A DNA stretch of 64,000 nucleotides from Bacillota bacterium (GTDB lineage: Bacteria; Bacillota; UBA994), in NCBI GenBank assembly GCA_018333655.1, contig JAGXTJ010000055.1, forward strand, positions 103,659-167,658. Direction: 5' to 3'. Of the stretch, positions 57,114-64,000 are shown piece after piece. A model generated the notes under the pieces. The model had not been told where the DNA came from. It saw only the letters and a program-made list of their open reading frames with translations, and made no database searches. The position numbers were made by a program, and so were the translations under genes. Every line of letters starts with the position of its first letter. The first letter of the stretch is position 1.

Positions 57114-57142
57114 GAAGCGCTAGGGACGGTTCTCCGCGCTTC
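57114..57142 (-). repeat. REP-like hairpin with GGGACGGTTCT core
   Basis: GAAGCGC-TAGGGACGGTTCTCC-GCGCTTC; core is the exact reverse complement of the AGAACCGTCCC loop at 37887-37897. Confidence 0.65.
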
Positions 57143-57202
57143 ACTTCACTAGAACTACTGTCTGGCGCAAGCACTGCCTTCGCCCCCACCGCACTTTTAC
57201 TA

Positions 57203-58873
57203 CTAGAAACCGAGATTATCGAAGGCTGCTAAAGGCACCACTGCTTCATCTGTGTCCAGATAAGAAAGCGATACGCGGTCGCCCACCGCAGTCACCGCAA
57301 TTTCTGCGCTAAGCGAGGCCGTAGCGGTAAATATGCGCTCCGAACCTGTGACCCGCAGGAAGAACACCGTTTGTCCGTCGGAAGTTGCAGAGCCAATCCG
57401 CGACACCACGCCCTCATGGGTCTGTAGCGCGGCTATGCCAGTCGGTACGATGCCGCCAATGCCCTGCCCTAGGTACTGCTTGTAGGCCATCACTGCTTGC
57501 AACATGGTCGGTTCCACGATGGTGCGCCCAGTACGGGCGTTGACGATACCTACTGCCTTTAAGATATTTGTTTCTGACAAGACAGGCACTACGTAGGACT
57601 CCGCGCCGTAGAGGTTGTAGAGCAGAGGCTGCGCCCCCCTCCACCCCACGAAGTCTGCCACTGCTGCATTGACCGAGGCTACCGCTGCGGCCTCATTAAA
57701 TATGCCCACGGCATCTTTGTAGTAAACAATTTCACCTGTGCGACCATCCATCATGGTGTAACCCATGAGCGAGTCGTCTTCACCCGGTGAAGTATGCCCG
57801 GTAAACCAGTAAAACCGCCCGTCTGGGCCCACCACACCAAAGACATCTACCTCGCCCTCCCACGCGGTCGGCAGATGCACATCGCGCTGACCAATGACAG
57901 AGTTCCAGTAACCATGTACAAATCGGCCAAACCAAGAATTGTGCGCTTCGGCAACTTGTTCGGGGATTACTTGGTCAACCCAAGTGGGCACCTCAGCCAG
58001 AGCATACTCACGCATTTCTCCCGTGGCGGGGTCAACAATTACTACGCCTGTCACCACTGTGCCCGTCTTACCAACTGTAGGACGCCCAATGCTCATGACC
58101 CACCTAGGATTGCGTTCGTCGTCCAACTCAAAACTAGGGCCAAGTAGCAGCACGTCTCCATACTGCCCATAGACGTGACGGAAGAGGTCGCTGGCAAAGA
58201 AGGCCCCACGGGTGTACTTTAGTGGTGCGGGCACAAACTCGGCTGGCGCACCCGCATCCTCAGCGTCTACCATGACAAAGCCCGGCGCCTCGCGAAAGCT
58301 CCACCAGCGCATCAGGCCGCGAAAGTCTAGCGGCGCGACCCAGTAGAGCTCCCCATCTACCATCTGTATATTTAAGTGCCCTATTTCAAAGCCTGCGCCC
58401 ATGCCGCCTAGGATTTTGTCCGCGCGCCATCTGGCGTTCTCAATAGGCACCAGCCTGATATGCTCAAGGTGCATGACGGGCAAGGGCTCTGTGGCTAGCC
58501 TGACCACCGGTGTGTCTCTAAGCTCGGTAGCGTGAAACGGCACCACCAGTACATTGAGATAGAATGACACTCCTAGGGTACCAACAAAGAGCAGCGACAG
58601 TAGCCAGCCAACCCTCTTTGCTGGCTTCTTTTTCCCCGTCCATACTTCAAGCATGGTGGCAGTAATATTGAGGGCCAGTGGCAGTAGCACCACAGTGTAG
58701 CCCACGTTCGGCACAAGGGCGGGCAAAGTTAAGTACACCCACAACAGACAAAGCGGCGCACCAACAACTAAGCGCCAGACCTGCCCATGCAGGTAGCGCT
58801 TCATATTACCAAGCAACAAGTCAAACCGCAGATTAATCAGGCCAAGCAGCATGATTAGGAACACATTAAACAC
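57203..58873 (-). CDS. Hypothetical membrane protein with large extracytoplasmic domain
   Basis: N-terminal TM helices, then WVAPL, FELDDE..P.W, VPTWVD.V.P; C-terminal OB-like tail; GTG after GGGGG. Confidence 0.75.
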   Translation of the reverse strand: MFNVFLIMLLGLINLRFDLLLGNMKRYLHGQVWRLVVGAPLCLLWVYLTLPALVPNVGYTVVLLPLALNITATMLEVWTGKKKPAKRVGWLLSLLFVGTLGVSFYLNVLVVPFHATELRDTPVVRLATEPLPVMHLEHIRLVPIENARWRADKILGGMGAGFEIGHLNIQMVDGELYWVAPLDFRGLMRWWSFREAPGFVMVDAEDAGAPAEFVPAPLKYTRGAFFASDLFRHVYGQYGDVLLLGPSFELDDERNPRWVMSIGRPTVGKTGTVVTGVVIVDPATGEMREYALAEVPTWVDQVIPEQVAEAHNSWFGRFVHGYWNSVIGQRDVHLPTAWEGEVDVFGVVGPDGRFYWFTGHTSPGEDDSLMGYTMMDGRTGEIVYYKDAVGIFNEAAAVASVNAAVADFVGWRGAQPLLYNLYGAESYVVPVLSETNILKAVGIVNARTGRTIVEPTMLQAVMAYKQYLGQGIGGIVPTGIAALQTHEGVVSRIGSATSDGQTVFFLRVTGSERIFTATASLSAEIAVTAVGDRVSLSYLDTDEAVVPLAAFDNLGF

Positions 58874-59021
58874 GCTAATCCCCCCTTGTATGGTTACAAA
58901 CCTACTACGCAGCGTTCTGCCCATAGTTTCAGCTCCACAATTCTTGCAGGACTAAGTTATTCGCGTGGCGAAATACTCTGATTTAGAAGTCACCACCAAG
59001 TACAGGTAAGGGGGAGCTACT

Positions 59022-60815
59022 TTGTCTAAACAACTGACACGAGCCGAGATACGGGAGCAGGAAACCTGGAACTTAAACGACATTTTTTCTTCTGTAGAGG
59101 AGTGGGAGGCCGAAATGGCCGCTTTGCCGCCCCTCATTTCTGCTGTCACACAGTACAAAGGCCTCCTAGATAGAGGCGCACTGACACTTCTCGACTGTCT
59201 TCTGGCTCACGAGGCCTTGCAGAAACGTGCTACCAAAGTCTTTGCTTACGCCTCTCTAAGTATTTCTAGCGACGGCACCAACCCCTCGTTCCAGGTGATG
59301 GCCAGTAAAGCCGGAGCCGCCATGGCACATCTTCAGGCGCAAACCTCTTTCGTGCTCTCTGAAGCCCTGTCACTTCCTGCGGGACGACTCGAGCAATATC
59401 TAGAAGACGAACCCGCCCTAGACCCTTTTCGTATTACCATAGAAAAGTGGCTAGAAAAAAGACCCCACATGCTTAGCCCCGAGACGGAGATGGCACTCGC
59501 GGCCTTCGGGCAGGTTCTTAACGCTCCCGCCGAGGTGTATGAGACCTCGCGCACGGCAGACCTCGCCTTTGATGCGGTGGCAGACAGCACTGGCAAGCTC
59601 TACCCCATGTCACTAGGCAGGCATGAAACCGCTGCAGACACATTCCTGCGTAGAAATGCCTACGCGGAGCAAACCAAGGGGCTTAAAAGATACCTACACA
59701 CCTACGGCACCGCTTGGGGCACCGAAGTAAAAAAGAATGTAGTAGCCGCTAAACTGCGAGGCTATGACTCTGCCGTGCACATGCTTCTTGATCAGCAAGA
59801 AGTGAACATCGATATCTACAACAACATTCATGATGTCATTCTCACTGAGTTAGCCCCCCATATGCGCCGCTATGCTAGTCTACGTAAGCGCGTGCTCAAA
59901 CTTGAGCAACTGCTCTACTGCGACATCGAGGCGCCGCTCGACCCTAGCTACAACCCCGAGACCACCTATGAAGAAGCCTGCCAACTCGTGCTCGAAGGCC
60001 TCCGTGTACTTGGCCCCGAGTACGCACAAATCATGGCAGACGGGCTGCAAAACCGCTGGATAGACAGGGCCGACAACATCGGCAAGCGAACAGGAGCCTT
60101 CTGCAATTCTGTTTATGGCGTGCACCCCTACATCAGCATGAGCTGGGGCAACCGCATGCGCAATGCCTTAACACTAGCGCATGAGCTAGGCCATGCGGGG
60201 CAAGGCGTACTGGCGCAGCGCTACCAAAGGCTAGCCAACACCAGGCCCACCATGTTCTTTATCGAGGCACCATCAACCATTAATGAACTGCTCGTCGCGG
60301 ATCGTATTTTGGCTTTAAGCACGAGCAATGAGATGCGCCGCTGGCTTATGATGCAGCTACTCATGACCTACTACCATAACTTTGTGCGCCACCTCATTGA
60401 AGGCGAGTTGCAGCGCCGCACTTACGGCCTAGCAGAGGCAGGGCAGCCCATCACCGCCACCGTCCTTAACAAAGTGCAAGGCGAGATACTGGCCGAGTTC
60501 TGGGGCGACGAAGTCACACTTGACGAAGGAGCAGAGATGGTATGGATGCGACAAGCTCACTACTACCGCGGGCTCTACCCCTACAGCTATGCCGCAGGGC
60601 TCACCATCGGCACGGCAGTAGCCCAGGCTATCCAAAGCGAAGGCGCCGCGGCAGCCGAGCGCTGGGTTAATGTGCTTAAGGCTGGCGGCACTCTCAAGCC
60701 CCTCGCCCTAGCCAAAATGGCCGGCGTCGACATGACCAACAAAAAAGCCATCCAGCAGGCCGTGGCCTATGTGGGATGGCTGGTTGACGAGGTGGAGAAG
60801 AGTTTTTCGTGTTGA
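59022..60815 (+). CDS. pepF: Oligoendopeptidase F (peptidase M3B)
   Basis: TWNLNDIF, RWID, GKRTGAF, TLAHELGH, EAPST.NE, LYPYSY. Confidence 0.95.
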   Translation: MSKQLTRAEIREQETWNLNDIFSSVEEWEAEMAALPPLISAVTQYKGLLDRGALTLLDCLLAHEALQKRATKVFAYASLSISSDGTNPSFQVMASKAGAAMAHLQAQTSFVLSEALSLPAGRLEQYLEDEPALDPFRITIEKWLEKRPHMLSPETEMALAAFGQVLNAPAEVYETSRTADLAFDAVADSTGKLYPMSLGRHETAADTFLRRNAYAEQTKGLKRYLHTYGTAWGTEVKKNVVAAKLRGYDSAVHMLLDQQEVNIDIYNNIHDVILTELAPHMRRYASLRKRVLKLEQLLYCDIEAPLDPSYNPETTYEEACQLVLEGLRVLGPEYAQIMADGLQNRWIDRADNIGKRTGAFCNSVYGVHPYISMSWGNRMRNALTLAHELGHAGQGVLAQRYQRLANTRPTMFFIEAPSTINELLVADRILALSTSNEMRRWLMMQLLMTYYHNFVRHLIEGELQRRTYGLAEAGQPITATVLNKVQGEILAEFWGDEVTLDEGAEMVWMRQAHYYRGLYPYSYAAGLTIGTAVAQAIQSEGAAAAERWVNVLKAGGTLKPLALAKMAGVDMTNKKAIQQAVAYVGWLVDEVEKSFSC

Positions 60816-60828
60816 AGACGACTACGTT

Positions 60829-61593
60829 CTAACCCTTAGTCGCAATGACAAGCATCTCAAAGTCCTTAGTCGTAAGCTTGTCGTTACGGCTGAAAGCGCC
60901 GAGTTTAGCCCCGAAGATTTCGATGCTGTGAAAACCGAGGGATTTTAGTAGCCAAGTCATCTCGGAGGGCACATAGTATCTTTCGTTACACTCTAGTTCT
61001 CTTTTGAGGCCTGCGTCGTCTTCGAAAGTGGTCACATTGTGGTCGCGAAAAGTCATAAGATCGAAGCTATGGTCCGCATACTGCGCGTCAGTACTCTTAG
61101 AGTCGGCAGAAAAGAATTGTTGCATCGAATTAAAGAGAGGGAACAGACCATTCAAGGTCGTCAAAATAAACTTGCCGCCGGGGGCAAGGGCTTTGGCGGC
61201 CTTGCTGAGGATTTCATAGTTCATCTCATCTGTCTCCATTAAAGGAAAGGCGCCCTCGCACAGCATAATAGCGAGATCAAACTCTTGGCAGAAGGCGAGC
61301 TGCCTGGCATCTCCTTGGCGAAAGTCGACCTCTACGCCAAGAGCCGCAGCCTTTTCTCGGGCGCGCTTAAGCTGAGATAGTGACAAGTCGACGCCTACCA
61401 CGCTGTAGCCGCGCCGCGCCAGTTCAATTGAGTGCCTGCCCGTCCCGCAGCCAATGTCTAGGATGCGAGTTGCTTTGTTATGCTGCACTTCTTGCTCTAT
61501 GAAGTCGCACTCACCAAGCGTCCCTTGTGCGAAGCTTTCTTGGTCATACTTCTGTCCGTAATTGGCGAAGAGCTCTTCGTACCACTGTTTCAA
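60829..61593 (-). CDS. Class I SAM-dependent methyltransferase
   Basis: ILDIGCGTGRH, VGVDLS, GDAR, L.PGGKF; TTG start after AGGAG. Confidence 0.9.
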   Translation of the reverse strand: MKQWYEELFANYGQKYDQESFAQGTLGECDFIEQEVQHNKATRILDIGCGTGRHSIELARRGYSVVGVDLSLSQLKRAREKAAALGVEVDFRQGDARQLAFCQEFDLAIMLCEGAFPLMETDEMNYEILSKAAKALAPGGKFILTTLNGLFPLFNSMQQFFSADSKSTDAQYADHSFDLMTFRDHNVTTFEDDAGLKRELECNERYYVPSEMTWLLKSLGFHSIEIFGAKLGAFSRNDKLTTKDFEMLVIATKG

Positions 61594-61625
61594 ACTATCA
61601 CTCCTAACATCATCGTTCAAATCGC

Positions 61626-62900
61626 CTAGTCAACTTTTACAAAGGCGGCTAGCACGCTCACCATTACCGCTGCCACGATGCCGCCCGCAAAGCCGTTGTT
61701 GTAAAGATTCATACCGCCATGCAGGAAACCAACATTCATAACGACTGATAGGTGGATAAACCCCGCAATTACACCAGCGATAATTCCGAATTTACCAGCT
61801 ATAGGCGCCAAAGTAGTGCCGAAAAGGGCTGCTAAGACGGCTCCGGGGTCAGAAGGAGCCCATGTTTGCACCATTGTTCCCATGTAGACACCGAGCATAA
61901 TCGGAACAATATTCTTGATGTGCTTACCAAAGGCACCAAAACCAACCATGGTCAGCACGCCACCTAGCGTGGGGCCATTTAGTTCTGCACCACAGAGCAA
62001 GAGGTAGGCTATGCCGATTAAACCAACCAGACCCATATTGACAAATGTAGCCCCGGTGCCATTCAGACTCGTAAAGTCTGAGGGCACGACGCCCGTACTA
62101 CCTACTAATTTACCCAGTAACTTGAATGAGTTCGCATCAAGCCACAGGCCAAGCAAGACCAATGACACAAAGTAGGCCACGAAAATTGGCACAAGAGTAG
62201 CGTTGTAGCCCTCACCCCAGATAAGCGTCGCCTTATTCTGCAAGCCATAGCCGCGAAACAGGGCCATAAAAACGGTGCCTGCAATTCCGCCGGTAACCCC
62301 AATATTGTATATATTGTAGCCCTTGTGGAATGTCAGGCAGTGCGCTGCCAATGGCGGCAGTATGAACCCGGCAATGGTGCCAAAGAGAACGCCTAGCGCG
62401 ACCCCCACGGCCGGGCTGAAATCAAAGCCCACGGCGAGCTGGCTCACCATCGGCGCTAGGGTAGTGCCAAAGAGGGCTGGCGCGATGAACTTCTTAAAGG
62501 GCTCTTTTTTTATCACGGCAAAGAGATATACCCCCAAGAAGATGGGCCATACGTTCACTATATTTTTACCAAACAAGGCAAAGCCAGCCATGGTGAAGAT
62601 GGCGGCAATTACTGCGCCAGAGATAGTTGCCTTAGAGACAGCGACTACAGCTAGGCCGATCAAAGCGACCAAGCCGCTATTTACTAGGGCCGCTCCCACG
62701 CCACCGACAACCATGTAATCGGTAAGGAGAATGCCGGGGGATTGCAAAATAGCCAATATCCCACTATACACTTCCGCAGAATCAACCATAAATAGACCGA
62801 GAAGTACTAACGCCGTAGCGTATGCCGCGAGAATGCGAAATTTCACTTGATCGCCAATCATTTTCGCTTCCTGAACGGCCGCTAAACCCACATGAGACAT
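61626..62900 (-). CDS. DUF1576 family membrane protein
   Basis: Internally duplicated motifs GFALFGKN/GFGAFGKH, GTTLAP twice, HKGYNIYNIG/HGGMNLYNNG. Confidence 0.8.
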   Translation of the reverse strand: MSHVGLAAVQEAKMIGDQVKFRILAAYATALVLLGLFMVDSAEVYSGILAILQSPGILLTDYMVVGGVGAALVNSGLVALIGLAVVAVSKATISGAVIAAIFTMAGFALFGKNIVNVWPIFLGVYLFAVIKKEPFKKFIAPALFGTTLAPMVSQLAVGFDFSPAVGVALGVLFGTIAGFILPPLAAHCLTFHKGYNIYNIGVTGGIAGTVFMALFRGYGLQNKATLIWGEGYNATLVPIFVAYFVSLVLLGLWLDANSFKLLGKLVGSTGVVPSDFTSLNGTGATFVNMGLVGLIGIAYLLLCGAELNGPTLGGVLTMVGFGAFGKHIKNIVPIMLGVYMGTMVQTWAPSDPGAVLAALFGTTLAPIAGKFGIIAGVIAGFIHLSVVMNVGFLHGGMNLYNNGFAGGIVAAVMVSVLAAFVKVD

Positions 62901-63069
62901 TTTTTATCTCCCCTTATACCATTCTAGATGCCTCGTCAGCCGCACATATATCTTCCTTGAACACTCCTACGTAGACCTCGGAGTAACAGCAAACACATCA
63001 ATTCTACTTGTTTGCCTAGCTGCATACAAGTAGATTCTGTCCCCTCTTTGTAAAGTAAATTTTGCAATT

Positions 63070-63268
63070 TGCGTTGATGGGTGCCTCCACCTAGATAGTG
63101 CGGGTGAACAAGAGGAATGTGAAGTCCTCTTGTCAATCGAACATGTACATGAATCCGGTCAACCCGCGCGAGGCACAACTCACCGCCCTCACCCGCGACG
63201 GCTTTTTCCGCCGCGAGGGGCATGATACTTAATAGTACAGCAACGGCACCTGTGGCTCCCTACATGGT
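63070..63268 (+). ncRNA. Candidate structured RNA element (family not identified)
   Basis: Nested stems GTGCCTC/GAGGCAC, GCGGGT/ACCCGC, ACAAGAGGA/TCCTCTTGT and a GC-rich hairpin at 63185-63221, in a 389-bp intergenic region; strand uncertain. Confidence 0.5.
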
Positions 63269-63289
63269 ACAGCCAAGAAGGAGGACGAA

Positions 63290-64000
63290 ATGAATACTAC
63301 CGGATGGAACTTTGACCACACTTATGCCCTTCTTCCGCCAAAGTTCTATGAGTTAAGGTCCCCCACACCTGTGCGCACTCCGGAATTAGTGCTAATTAAC
63401 GCAGAACTAGCCGCGGAGCTAGGGCTCTGCCCAGAAGCTTTGCGCAGTAAAGAGGGCACCTTGGAGCTTGCTGGCAATAAGATGCCAGAGGGCGCCCTAA
63501 CGCTGGCACAGGCCTATGCAGGGCATCAGTATGGGCATTTCACTATGTTAGGAGACGGGCGCGCGCTCCTACTGGGCGAGCAAATTGCCCCAAGCGGCGA
63601 GCGCTTTGATATCGGGCTTAAAGGTTCTGGTCGCACCGCATTTTCACGCGGTGGAGATGGACGAGCTCATCTTGCCCCCATGCTGCGCGAATACGTGATT
63701 AGCGAGGCCATGCATGCTCTTGGCATACCCACCACACGCAGCCTAGCAGTTGTGCGCACTGGCGAAGTGGTAAGGCGCGAAACTGCGCTGCCCGGCGCAA
63801 TTCTTACGCGCATAGCGCGAAGCCATCTTCGCGTCGGCACTGTGCAGTACGCCGCTCAGTGGGGAGAAGGAGACGACCTGCGCGCCCTAGCAGACTACGC
63901 CATCAAGCGACACTTCCCTGAGCTACTAGGGGAGGCAGGACGCTACTTGCTCCTCCTTAAGGAAGTTGTGAAACGCCAAGCGGCCCTCGTAGCCAAGTGG
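63290..64000 (+). CDS. selO: SelO/YdiU protein adenylyltransferase, N-terminal part (runs off the window's right edge)
   Basis: Manual translation from ATG 63290 after [70 protein letters not shown]. Not in the ORF track. Confidence 0.93.
   Translation, partial: MNTTGWNFDHTYALLPPKFYELRSPTPVRTPELVLINAELAAELGLCPEALRSKEGTLELAGNKMPEGALTLAQAYAGHQYGHFTMLGDGRALLLGEQIAPSGERFDIGLKGSGRTAFSRGGDGRAHLAPMLREYVISEAMHALGIPTTRSLAVVRTGEVVRRETALPGAILTRIARSHLRVGTVQYAAQWGEGDDLRALADYAIKRHFPELLGEAGRYLLLLKEVVKRQAALVAKW

Noticed and set aside
62936..63223. 95-aa minus-strand ORF
   Set aside because: No SD or recognisable motif; overlaps the stem-rich region, which is better explained as RNA structure.
63070..63268. 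Calling the element 6S RNA, T-box or a known riboswitch
   Set aside because: Only short motif resemblances; order and spacing do not fit, and no T-box core sequence is present.
63290..64000. Link between selO and the selenium cluster
   Set aside because: Bacterial SelO/YdiU is an AMPylase that normally lacks Sec, and it lies 30 kb away.

Overview
Gene-dense chromosomal window from what looks like an anaerobic, endospore-forming Bacillota. Evidence for that: a gerA-B-C operon, SigA/SigH-like promoters, Rex-like boxes, a bcd-etfBA module and no outer-membrane efflux partners. I found no prophage, IS transposase, CRISPR array, rRNA or tRNA. In order, the window holds: acyl-CoA dehydrogenase/EtfBA with a ferredoxin-fused EtfA; tandem EamA transporters; ftsEX followed by an unusual PcsB/CwlO-type coiled-coil protein whose C-terminal domain is DUF3048 instead of a known hydrolase; TetR-RND; and prolyl oligopeptidase. 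A ~23 kb nucleobase-catabolism region follows (18.5-41.4 kb). It carries an NCS2 permease, a three-subunit xanthine-dehydrogenase-family Mo hydroxylase with YqeB/YqeC-MocA/XdhC maturation genes, a nitrilase-family hydrolase, a cyclase-family hydrolase, a class III CoA-transferase, PsuK, a PsuG-inorganic pyrophosphatase fusion, and FdrA + DUF1116. After that come ABC-F, an AAC(6')-like GNAT, deoD, ger genes, GGDEF, trxA, a membrane Fe-S/FNR fusion, pepF, DUF1576 and a truncated selO. Most interesting: (1) a putative anaerobic, selenium/Mo-dependent oxidative pyrimidine pathway lacking canonical barbiturase; (2) an FtsEX partner with a DUF3048 effector domain; (3) a PsuG-PPase fusion whose linker is encoded by a dispersed REP-like repeat, with a second direct copy closing the PPase module; (4) a probable ATT start codon on the ABC-F gene; (5) a multi-stem RNA-like element upstream of selO. 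Functional calls come from motif recognition only; no database searches were run.
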